Part shown: piece by piece, positions 37,401 through 49,764 of the stretch
How positions within the stretch are numbered: position 1 is the stretch's first letter
Layout: the number at the start of each line of letters is the position of its first letter
NCBI RefSeq assembly: GCF_006345805.1
Contig: NC_043007.1
Location: 12,834,001 to 12,898,000, forward strand
DNA from: Octopus sinensis
Taxonomy: Eukaryota
Reading direction: 5' to 3'
Length of the DNA: 64,000 nt
Notes under the pieces: generated by a model
Seen by the model: the letters and a program-made list of their open reading frames with translations, nothing else
What the model was told of the DNA's origin: nothing
Databases searched by the model: none
Translations under genes and position numbers: made by a program

Positions 37401-40400
37401 TAGCCGACCCAAATAGCCATGCCAAATAGCCAACCATAATAGCCAAGCCAAATAGCCTATCCAAATGCTTAGCCCGAATAGCCAACACAAATAGCACCCA
37501 AATAGCCAAGCCAAATAGCAAACCAAAATAGCTAACCTAAATAGCATACTTAAATAAGCCAAGCCAAATTGCCAAGTCAAATAGCACCCAAAAGCCAAAA
37601 GCCAATCCAAAACCAACTCAAATAGCTAACCTAATAGCCAACCCAAAGTTGGCTATTTGAGCTAGACAACCCAAATAGGCAAGCCAAATCGCCAAGCCAA
37701 ATAGCCAACCGAAATAGCAAACCCAATAGCCAACCGAAATAGCAAAGCCAAATAGCCAACTCAAATAGCAAACCCAAGTAGCCATCCAAAGAGCCAAGCC
37801 AAATAGCCAAACAAAATAGCCTAGCCACATAGCCAAGCCAAATAGCCACTCAAATATGGCATAGCTATTTGGGTTTGCTATTTGGCTTTGCATTTTGGAT
37901 TGGATATTTGGGTATGCTATTTGTGTTGGCTATTTGTCTTAGCTATTTGGCTAGGCTATTTGTCTTGGATATGTGGCTTGGCTATTTGGGGTTGGCTATT
38001 TGTGTTTGCTATTTGGGTTGGCAATTTGGGTTTGCTATGTGGCTTGGCAATTTGGCTTGGCTATTTGGGTTGGCTATTTTGGTTCGCTATTTGGCTTGGC
38101 TATTTGGCTTGGCTATTTGAATACGCTATTTGTGTTGGCTATTTGGCTAGGAAATTTGGCTTGGCTATTTGGCATGGCTATTTGGGTGTGCTATTTGGGT
38201 TGGCTATTCGGGTTAGCTATTTGGCTTAACTATTTGGCTATTTGCTATTTGGCTTGGCTTTTTGGCTAGGCTATTTGGCTTGGTCATTTGGCTTGGCTAT
38301 TTGGGTTAGCTATTTGAGTTGGCTATTTGGATTTGCTATTTGGGTTGGCTATTTGGCTAGGTTATTTGGGTTGGCTATTTGTGTTTGCTGTTTGGGTTGG
38401 CTGTTTTGGTTTGCTATTTGGCTTGGCTATTTGGCTTGGCTATTTGGGTTGACTATTTATGTTTGCTATTTGGGTTGGCTATTTGGCTTGCCTATTTGGT
38501 TTGGCTATTTGGCTTGCCTATTTGGCTTTGCTATTTGGCTAGGCTATTTGTGTTGGCTATTTGGGTTTGCTATTTTTGAGTTGGCTATTTGGCTTGGCTA
38601 TTTGGCTAGGCTATTTGTTTGGCTATTTGGGTTGGCTATTGGGGTTGGCTATTGGCTTTGCTATTTCGGTTGGCTATTTGGCATGGCGATTTGGCTGCCT
38701 ATTTGGGTGTGTCTTAGCTCAAATAGCCAACTTTGGGTTGGCTTTTGGTTAGCTAATTAGGTTGGCTATTTGGTTTCCTTTTTGGCTTGACTATTTGGCT
38801 TGGCTATTTGGCTTGGTCATTTGGCTTGGCTATTTTTTGGGTTGGCTTTTTGTGTTTGCTATTTGGGTTGGCTATTTGTGTTTCCTATTTGGGTTTGATA
38901 GTTGGCTTGGCTATTTGGCTAAGCTATTTGGATTGGCTATTTGGGTTTGCTTTTTGGCTTGGCAATTGGATTGGCTATTTGGGTTGGCTATATTGGTTTG
39001 GTTTTTGCGGCTTGGCTTATTTAAGTATGCTATTTAGGTTGGTTATTTTGGTTTGCTCTTTGGTTTGGCTATTTGGGTTGGCTATATGGTTATGCTATTT
39101 GTGTTGGCTATTTGGCTAAGCATTTGGCTAGGCTATTTGGCTTGGCTATTTGGCTTGGCTATTTTGGATATCTATTTGGGTTGGCTATTTGGGTTGGCTA
39201 TTTGGGTTGGCAATTTGGCTTGGCTTTTTGGGTTGGCTATTTGGGTATGCTATTTGTATTGGCTAATTGGCTTAGCTTTTTGGCTTGGCTATTTTTATTG
39301 ACTATTTGGGTTGCCTATTTGGCTTGGCTATTTCGGTTGGCTGTTTGGGTTGGCTTTTTGGATTGGCTTTTTGGGTTGGCTATTTGTGTTGGCTATTTGA
39401 CTTAGCTATTTGGCTAGGCTATTTGGCTTGGCTATTTGGGTTGGCTATTTGGGTTGGTTATTTGGGTTTGCTCTTTGGCTTGGCAATTTGGCTTGGCTAT
39501 TTGGGTTGGCTGTTTTGGTTTGCTCTTTGGCTTTGCTATTTGGGTTTGCTATTTGGGTATGCTATTTGTGTTGGCTATTTGGCTTGGCATTTGGCTAGGA
39601 AATTTGGCTGGGCAATTTGGCTTGGCTATTTTGCCCGGCTATTTGGCTTGGGTATTTGGGTTGGCTATTTGGGTTAGCTATTTGGCTTGGCTATTTCGGT
39701 TGACTATTTGGCTTAGCTATTTGACTAGGTTATTTGGGTTGGCTATTTGGGTTAACTATTTGAGTTGGCTATTTGGATTTGCTTTTTGGGTTGGCTAACA
39801 GCCAAATAGCCTCGCCAAATAGCTAAGACAAATAGTCACCCCAAAAAGCACACACAAATACCTAACCTAAATAGCCAAGCCAAATAGCGAAGCCAAAGAG
39901 TAAACCCAAAAAGCCAACCCAAACAGCCAAACCAAATAGCCGAGCCAAATAGCGAAGCCAAATACCCAACTCAAATAGCAAACCCAAATAGCCTAGCCAA
40001 AAAGCAAAGCCAAATAGCCAGACCAAATAGGCAAGCCAAATAGCCAACTCAAATAGCAAACACAAACAGCCAACCCAAATAGCCAACCCAAATAGCAAAC
40101 CCAAATAGCCAACCCAAATAGCCAACACAAATAGCCGAGCTGAATAGCCAAGCCAAATAGCAAACACTAATAGCAAACCCAAATAGCAAATACAAATAGC
40201 CAACCCAAATAGCCTAGCCAAATAGCCAACGCAAAAAGCAAATCCAAATAGCCAACTCAAATAGCCAACGCAAAAAGCAAATCCAAATAGCCAACTCAAA
40301 TAGACAACCCAAATAGCCGACCCAAATAGCTATGCCAAATAGCCAAGCCAAATAGCCAAGCCAAATTTCCTAGCCAAATCCTAAGCCAAATAAACAACAC

Positions 40401-43400
40401 AAATAGCATACTCAAATAGCCAACCAAATAGCCAAACCAAATAGCAAACCAAATAGCCAACCCAAATAGCTAACCCAATAGTCAAGCCAAATAGCTAACC
40501 CAAATAGCCAACAAAAATAGCCTACCAAATAGCCAACCAAAATAGCCTAGCCAATAGCCAAGCCAACTATCAACCCAAATAGGAAACACAAATAGCCAAC
40601 CCAAATAGCAAACACAAATAGCCAACCCAAATAGCAAGCCAAATGACCAAGCCAAATAGCCTAGCCAAAAGCAAAGCCAAAGCAAATAGCCAAATAGCCA
40701 ACCCAAATAGGAAGCCTAATAGCCAAACCAAATAGCCAACCCAAATAGCAAACCCAAATAGCCACACCAAATAGTCAAGCCAAAAAGCAAACCCAAATAG
40801 CCAACCCAAACAGCCAACCCCATAGCCAAGTCAAATAGCCTAGCCAATGCTTAGCCAATAGCCAACACAAATAGCATAACCAAATAGCCAACACAAAGCC
40901 AAGCCAAATAGCAAACCAAAATAGCAAACCAAAATCGCCAACCCAAAGAGCCAAGCCAAATTGCCAAGTCAAATAGCAAACCCAAAAAGCCAATTCAAAT
41001 AGCCAACACAAATAGCCGAGCCGAATAGCCAAGCCAAATAGCAAACACTAATAGCAAACCCAAATAGCCAAGCCAAATAGCAAACCAAATAGCCAACCCA
41101 AACAGCAAACACAAATAGCAACCCAAATAGCCTAGCCAAATAGCCAACGCAAAAAGTAATCCAAATAGCCAACTCAAATAGCTAACCCAAATAGCTAACC
41201 CGAATAGCCAACCCAAATAGCCGACCCAAATAGCCATGCCAAATAGCCAACCATAATAGCCAAGCCAAATAGCCTAGCCAAATGCTTAGCCCAAAATAGC
41301 CAAGCCAAATAGCAAACCAAAATAGCTAACCTAAATAGCATACTTAAATAAGCCAAGCCAAATTGCCAAGTCAAATAGCAAACCCAAAAAGCCAATCCAA
41401 ATAGCCAACTCAAATAGCTAACCTAAATAGCCAACCCAAAGTTGGCTATTTGAGCTCGACAACCCAAATAGGCAAGCCAAATCGCCAAGCCAAATAGCCA
41501 ACCGAAATAGCAAACCCAAATAGCCAACCGAAATAGCAAAGCCAAATAGCCAACTCAAATAGCAAACCCAAGTAGCCAATCCAAAGAGCCAAGCCAAATA
41601 GCCAAACAAAATAGCCTAGCCACATAGCCAAGCCAAATAGCCAACTCAAATATGGCATGGCTATTTGGGTTTGCTATTTGGCTTGGCATTTTGGATTGGA
41701 TATTTGGGTATGCTATTTGTGTTGGCTATTTGTCTTAGCTATTTGGCTAGGCTATTTGTCTTGGATATGTGGCTTGGCTATTTGGGGTTGGCTATTTGTG
41801 TTTGCTATTTGGGTTGGCAATTTGGGTTTGCTATGTGGCTTGGCAATTTGGCTTGGCTATTTGGGTTGGCTATTTTGGTTCGCTATTTGGCTTGGCTATT
41901 TGAGTACGCTATTTGTGTTGGCTATTTGGCTAGAAAATTTGGCTTGGCTATTTGGCATGGCTATTTGGGTGTGCTATTTGGGTTGGCTATTCGGGTTAGC
42001 TATTTGGCTTAACTATTTGGCTATTTGCTATTTGGCTTGGCTTTTTGGCTAGGCTATTTGGCTTGGTCATTTGGCTTGGCTATTTGGGTTAGCTTTTGAG
42101 TTGGCTATTTGGATTTGCTATTTGGGTTGGCTATTTGGCTAGGTTATTTGGGTTGGCTATTTGTGTTTGCTGTTTGGGTTGGCTGTTTTGGTTTGCTATT
42201 TGGCTTGGCTATTTGGCTTGGCTATTTGGGTTGACTATTTATGTTTGCTATTTGGGTTGGCTATTTGGCTTGCCTATTTGGTTTGGCTATTTGGCTTGCC
42301 TATTTGGCTTTGCTATTTGGCTAGGCTATTTGTGTTGGCTATTTGGGTTTGCTATTTGAGTTGGCTATTTGGCTTGGCTATTTGGCTAGGCTATTTGGTT
42401 TGGCTATTTGGGTTGGCTATTGGGGTTGGCTATTTGGCTTTGCTATTTCGGTTGGCTATTTGGCATGGCGATTTGGCTTGCCTATTTGGGTTGTCTAGCT
42501 CAAATAGCCAACTTTGGGTTGGCTATTTGGGTTAGCTAATTAGGTTGGCTATTTGGTTTCCTTTTTGGCTTGACTATTTGGCTTGGCTATTTTTGGATTT
42601 GCTATTTTGCTTGGCTATTTGGCTTGGTTTTTGGCTAGGCTATTTGGCTTGGTCATTTGGCTTGGCTATTTGGGTTGGCTTTTTGTGTTTGCTATTTGGG
42701 TTGGCTATTTGTGTTTCCTATTTGGGTTGGATAGTTGGCTTGGCTATTTGGCTAAGCTATTTGGATTGGCTATTTGGGTTTGCTATTTGGCTTGGCAATT
42801 TGGATTGGCTATTTGGGTTGGCTATATTGGTTTGGTTTTTGGCTTGGCTTATTTAAGTATGCTATTTAGGTTGGTTATTTTGGTTTGCTCTTTGGTTTGG
42901 CTATTTGGGTTGGCTATATGGTTATGCTATTTATGTTGGCTATTTGGCTAAGCATTTGGCTTGGCTATTTGGCTTGGCTATTTGGCTTGGCTATTTTGGA
43001 TATCTATTTGGGTTGGCTATTTGGGTTGGCAATTTGGCTTGGCTTTTTGGGTTGGCTATTTGGGTATGCTATTTGTATTGGCTAATTGGCTTAGCTTTTT
43101 GGCTTGGCTATTTTTATTGACTATTTGGGTTGCCTATTTGGCTTGGCTATTTCGGTTGGCTGTTTGGGTTGGCTTTTTGGATTGGCTTTTTGGGTTGGCT
43201 ATTTGTGTTGGCTATTTGGCTTAGCTATTTGGCTAGGCTATTTGGGTTGGCTATTTGGGTTGGCTATTTGGGTTGGTTATTTGGGTTTGCTCTTTGGCTT
43301 GGCAATTTGGCTTGGCTATTTGGTTGGCTGTTTTGGTTTGCTCTTTGGCTTTGCTCTTTGGGTTTGCTATTTGGGTATGCTATTTGTGTTGGCTATTTGG

Positions 43401-44604
43401 CTTGGCATTTGGCTAGGAAATTTGGCTGGGCAATTTGGCTTGGCTATTTGGCCCGGCTATTTGGCTTGGGTATTTGTGTTGGCTATTTGGGTTAGCTATT
43501 TGGCTTGTCTATTTCGGTTGACTATTTGGCTTAGCTATTTGACTAGGTTATTTGTGTTGGCTATTTGGGTTAACTATTTGAGTTGGCTATTTGGATTTGC
43601 TTTTTGGGTTGGCTAACAGCCAAATAGCCTCGCCAAATAGCTAAGACAAATAGCCATCCCAAAAAGCACACACAAATAGCTAACCCAAATAGCCAAGCCA
43701 AATAGTCAAGCCAAAGTGTAAACCCAAATAGCCAACCGAAACAGCCAAACCAAATAGCCTAGCCAAATAGGCAAGCCAAATAGCCAACTCAAATAGCAAA
43801 CCCAAATGGCCAACATAAATAGCCTAGCCAAATAGCAAACCCAAATAGGCAAGCCAAATAGCCAAACCAAATAGCAAACCCAAATAGCCAACCCAAATAG
43901 CCAACCCAAATTGCTATATGACTTGGCTATTTGGCTTGGCTATTTGGGATGGCTATTTGGCTTAGCTATTTGGCTAGGTTTTTTGGGTTGGCTATTTGGG
44001 TTTGCTATTTGGCTTGGCAATTTGGCTTGGCTATTTGGGTTGGCTATTTTGGGTTGCTATTTGACTTGGCTATTTGGCTTGGCTATTTGGGTTTGCTATT
44101 GGTGTTGGCTATTTTGCTTGGCTTTTTGGCTTGGCTATTTCGCTTGGCTGTTTGGGTTGGCGATTTGGGTTGGCTATTCGGGTTAGCTATTTGGTTGGCT
44201 ATTTGGCATTGCTATTTGTGTTGGCTATTTGTGTTGGCTTTTTGGGTTTGCTATTTGGGTTAGCTATTTAGGTTGGCTATTTGGCTTTGCAGTTTGGGTT
44301 GGCCATTTGGGCTTCCTATTTGGGTTGGCTATTTGGCTATTTGGTATTTGGCTTGGCTATTTGGCTTGGCTTTTTGGCTAGTCTATTTAGCTTGGTCATG
44401 TGGCTTGGATATTTGGGTTAGCTATTTGTGTATCCCATTTGGGTTGGATAGTTGGCTTAGCTATTTTGCTAGGCTATTTGGGTAGGTTATTTGGGTTTGC
44501 TATTTGGGTGGGCTATTTGGGTTTGCTTTTTGGCTTGGCTATTTGGTTTGGCTATTTGGTTTGGCTATTTGGGTTGGCTATTTGGGTTAGCTATTTGGCT
44601 TAGC
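28441..44604. repeat. 14-bp satellite (TTGGS TTKGC TATT)n in 11 alternating-orientation blocks, ~3.8-kb higher-order unit
   Basis: Junction TTGGCTAACAGCCAA centred at 28831, 32714, 35964, 39798, 43616; junction CTCAAATATGGCAT at ~30739, 34661, 37856, 41651; last flip at 43911. Confidence 0.95.
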
Positions 44605-47283
44605 TCTGTCGGCACCCTCTTTGATCTATGTCGGTACCCTCTTGGATCTCTGTCGGCACCCTCTTTGATCTATGTCGGTACCCTCTTTGATCTATGTCGG
44701 CATCCTCTTTGATCTCTGTCGACACTCTCTTTGATCTCTATCGGCACTCTCTTTCATCTCTGTCGGTACCCTCTTTGATCTCTGTCGGCACCCTCTTTGA
44801 TCTGTGTCAGCACTCCTCTTTGATCTCTGTCAACACTCTCTTTGATCTCTGTCGGCACCCTCTCTGATCTTTGTCGACATCCTCTTCGATCTCTGTCGGC
44901 ACCCTCTTTGAACTCTGTCGGCACCCTCTTTGATCTCTGTCAGCACCCTCTTTGATCTATATCGGCATTCTCTTTGATCTCTGTCGGCACCCTCTTTGAT
45001 CTGTGTCAACACTCCTCTTTTATCTGCGTAAACACTCCTCTTTGATCTCTGTCTGCACCCTCTTTGATCTTTGTGAACACTCCTCTTTGATCTCTGTCGG
45101 CATCATCTTTGATCTCTGTCGACACCCTCTTTGATCTCTGTCGGCACCCTCTTTGATCTCTGTCGACACCCTCTTTGACCTCTGTCGGCACCCTCTGACA
45201 TTCCTGACATTTGAACCGGTTCGATCAGATTTGAACCAGTTTGAACCAGCTTGATCCTGTTTGAACCGGTTTGAACCGGTTTGATCCGGTTTGAGCCGGT
45301 TTGATTTGGTTTGATCCGGTTTGAACCGGTTTAATCTGGTTTGAACCCGTTTGATCCGGTTTGAACCGGTTTGAACCGGTTTGATCGGATTTGTACCGGT
45401 TTGTCAGCACCGTCTTTGATCTTTGTCGGCACACTCATTGATCTCTGTCGGCACCGTCTTTGATATTTGTCGCCACACTCTTTGATCTCTGCCGGCACCG
45501 TCTTCGGTCTCTGTCGGCACACTCTTTGCTCTCTGTCGGCACCGTCTTTGATCTCTGACATTCCTCACATTCCTCACATTTGAGACGTTCCTGACATTTG
45601 AACTGGTTCCATCAGGCTTGATCCAGTTTGATCCGGTTTGAACGGGTTTGATCCGTCTTGATCCGGTTTGATTCGGTTTGTACCGGTTTGAACAGGTTTG
45701 ATCCAGTTTATACCGGTTTGATCCGGTTTGAACCGGTTTGATCTGGTGTGTACCGGTTTGTCGGCAACATCTTTGATCTTTGTAAGTACACCCTTGGATC
45801 TCTTTCGGCACCGTCTTTGATCTCCGTCGGCACCGTCTTTGATCTCTGTCGGCAAAGTCTTTGATCTCTGTCTGCACCATCTTTGATCTCTGTCGGCACC
45901 GTCTTTGATCTCTCACATTCCTTACATTCCAATTATTCCTGAACTTCCAGACATTCCTGACATTCCAAACATTCATGACAATCTAGACATTCCAGACATT
46001 CCTGACATTCTTTGATCTATATCGGCACTCTCTTTAATCACTTTGATCTGTGTCAACACCCCTCTTTGATCTATGTCGGCACCCTCTTTGATCTCTGTCG
46101 GCACCCTCTTTAATCTCTGTCGGCACCCTCTTTGATCTCTGTCGGCACCCTCTTTGATATCTGTCGAAAGCCTCTTTGATCTATGTCGGCACTCTCTTTG
46201 ATCTATCTCGGTACCCTCTTGGATCTATGTCGGCACCTTCTTTGATCTATGTCGGTACCCTCTTTGATCTATGTCGGCACCCTCTTTGATCTATGTCGGC
46301 ATCCTCTTTGATCTGTGTCAACACTCCTCTTTGATCTCTTTCGGCACCGTCTTTGATCTCTGTCGGCAACCTCTTTGATCTGTGTGAACACTCCTCTTTG
46401 ATCTGTGTGAACATTCCTCTTTGATCTCTGTCGGCACACTCTTTGATCTCTGTTGACATCCTCTTCGATCTCTGTCGGCACCCTCTTTGAACTCTGTCGG
46501 CATCCTCTTTGATCTCTCTCGGCACCATCTTTGATCTATGTCAGCGCCCTCTTCGATCTCTGTCGGCCTCATCTTTGATCTCTGTAAACACACACTTTGA
46601 TCTTTGTCGGAACACTCTTTGATCTCTGTCGGCACCGTCTTTGATCTCTGACATTCCTCACATTCCAGACATTCCTGACATTCCAGAAATTCCGGACATT
46701 CCAGACATTCCAGACATTCCTGACATTCCTGACATTTGAACCGGTTCGATCAGGCTTGATACAGTTTGAAACAATTTGATCCGGTTTGAACCGGTTTGAT
46801 CTGGTTTGAACCGGTTTGAACCAATTTGATCCGGTTTGAACCGGTTTGAAACGGTTTGTACCGGTTTGATACGGTTTGAACCGGTTTCATCTGGTTATAT
46901 CCGGTTTCAACCGGTTTGACCCGGTCTCAACCGGTTTGGACCGGTCTGAACCGGTTTGATTCGGTTTGTACTGGTTTGTCGGCACCGTCTTTGATCTTTG
47001 TCGGCACACTCTTTGATCTCTGTCGGCATCGTCTTTGATCCATGACATTCCTCACATTCCGAATTCCAGACATTCCTGAAATTGCAGACATTCCTGACAT
47101 TCAAGACATTCCTGACATTCCAGACATTCCAGACATTCCTGACATTCCAGACATTCCTGACATTCCAGACATTCCGGACATTCCTGACATTCCCGACATT
47201 CCTGACATTTGAACCGGTTCGATCAAGCTTGATCCAGTTTGAACCGTTTTGACCAGGTTTTAACCGGTTTGAACCGGTTTGAT
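44605..47283 (+). repeat. Tripartite nested satellite: A (22 bp CCCTCTTTGATCTCTGTCGGCA), B (9 bp ACATTCCWG), C (10 bp TTTGAWCCGG)
   Basis: Blocks read directly: A44606, B45196, C45212, A45403, B45556, C45598, A45761, B45913, A46009, B46649, C46736, A46978, B47042, C47209. Confidence 0.95.
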
Positions 47284-49764
47284 ATGTTAGGGATGTCAGG
47301 AATGTCAGGAATGTCAGAGATCAATGACGGTGCCGACAGAGATCAAAGAGGGTGCTGACAAAGATCAAAGACGGTGCCGACAAAACGGTCCAAATCTTAT
47401 CAAACCGGTTCAAACCGGATTAAATCTCAGGAATGTCAGGAATGTCTGGAATGTCAGGAATGTCAGGAATGTCTGGAATGTCAGGAATGTCTGGAATGTC
47501 AGGAACGTCAGGAATGTCTGGAATGTCAGGAATGTCAGGAATGCCTGGAATGTCAGGAATGTCAGGAATCAAACCGGATTAAATCTCACGAATGTCAGGA
47601 ATGTATGGAATGTATGGAATGTCTGAGATCAAAGACAGTGCCGACAGTGATCAAAGAGTGTGCAAACAAAGATCAAAGACGGTGCCGATAAACCGGTCCA
47701 AACTGCATCAAACCGGTTCAAACTGAATGAAACCGGTTCAAATATCAGGAATGTCAAAAATGTCAGGAACGTCAGGAATGTGTGGAATGTCAGGAATGTC
47801 AGGAATGTGTGGAATGTCAGGAATGACAGGAATGTGTGGAATGTCAGGAATGTCAGGAATGTCATATATCAAAGACGGTGCCGACAGAGGTCTAAGAGTG
47901 TGTCGACTTAGATCTAAGACGGTGGCGACAAATGTCAGGAATGTCTGGAATGTATGGAATGTCAGAGATCAAAGACGGTGCAAACAGAGACCAAAGTGTG
48001 TGCCAACAAAGATCAAATATGGTGACGATAAACCGGTCCAAACCGCATCAAACCGGTTCAAACGGGATTAAAACGGTTCAAACCAATTCAAACCTGATCA
48101 AACCGGTTCAAATGTCAGAAATGTCAGGAATGTCAGGAACGTCTGGAACGTCAGTAATGTCTGGAATGTCAGGAATGTCAGGAATGTCTGGAATATGAGG
48201 AATGTCATAGATCAAAGACGGTGCCGACAGAGATCTAGAGTGTGCCGACCAAGATGAAAGACGGAGGCGAGCAACCGGTTCAAACTAGATCAAACCGGTT
48301 CAAACCGGATTAAACCATTTCAAACCGGACCAAACCAGTTCAAACCGGATCATACCTGATCAAACTGGTTAAAATGTCAGGAATGTCAGGAATGTCTGGA
48401 ATGTCAGGAATGTCATAGATCAAAGACGGTGCCGACAGAGATCAAAGAGTGTTTCGACAAAGATCAAAGACGGTTAGGACAAACCGGTTCAAACCGGATC
48501 AAATGTCAGGAATGTCTGGAATGTTAGGAATGTCTGGAATGTCAGGAATGTTTGGAATGTCAGGAATGTCTGGAATGTCAGGAATGTCTGGAATGTCAGG
48601 AATGTCTGGAATGTCAGGAATGTCTAGAATGTCAGGAATGTCTGGATTTATGGAATGTCAGGAATGTGTGGAATGTCAGGAATGCCTGGAATGTCAGGAT
48701 GTCAGGATGTCTGGAATGTCAGGAATGTCTGTAATGTCTGGAATGTCAGGAATGTTTGGAATGTCAGGAATGTCTGGAATGTCAGGAATATCAGAGATCA
48801 AAGACAGTGTCGACATAGATCAAAGAGTGTGCCGACAAAGATCAAAGAGGGTGCCGACAAATGTCAGGAATGTCGACAAACCGGTCAAAACCGGATCAAA
48901 CTGTCTTTGATCTCCAGTTCGAACCGGATAAAACCGGTTCAAATGTCAGGAATGTCAGGAATGTCTGGAATGTAAGTAATGTTAGTAATGTCAGGAATGT
49001 CTGGAATGTCAGGAATGTCTGGAATATGAGGAATGTCATAGATCAAAGACAGTGCCGACAGAGATCTAGAGTGTGCCGACCAAGATGAAAGACGGAGGCG
49101 AACAACCGGTTCAAACTAGATCAAACCGGTTCAAACCGGATTAAACCATTTCAAACCGGACCAAACCAGTTCAAACCGGATCATACCTGATCAAACTGGT
49201 TAAAATGTCAGGAATGTCATGAATGTCATAGATCAAAGACGGTGCCGACAGAGATCAAAGAGTGTTTCGATCAAAGACGGTTCCGACAAACCGGTTCAAA
49301 CCGGATCATACCTGATCAAACTGGTTAAAATGTCAGGAATGTCATGAATGTCATAGATCAAAGACGGTGCCGACAGAGATCAAAGAGTGTTTCGATCAAA
49401 GACGGTTCCGACAAACCGGTTCAAACCGGATCAAACCGGAACAAACTGGATCAAACCGGTTTCAACCTGGTCAAACTGGTTCAAACCGGATCAAACCGGT
49501 TTATACCGCGTGAAACCGGTTCAAATGTCTGGAATGTCAGGAATGTTAGGAATGTCAGGAATGTCTGGAATGTCAGGAATGTCTGGAATGTTAGGAATGT
49601 CTGGAATGTCAGGAATGTCTGGAATGTCGGGAATATCAGGAATGTCAGAGATCAAAGACGGTGCCGACAGAGATCAAAGAGGGTGCCGACAAAGATCAAA
49701 GACGGTGTCGACAAACCGGTTTGAACCACATCAAACCGGTTCAAACTGGTTCAAAACGGTGCAA
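47284..49764 (-). repeat. Same tripartite satellite in inverted orientation
   Basis: GGAATGTCA, AGATCAAAGACGGTGCCGAC and AAACCGGTTC blocks joined by the reverse-complement junctions. Confidence 0.95.

Noticed and set aside
28366-44712. Dozens of W/L/G/F/A-rich ORFs of 60-213 aa that look like membrane proteins
   Set aside because: They are translations of the 14-bp satellite on the T/G-rich strand, open in all three frames and switching strand with each block; no splice or domain support.
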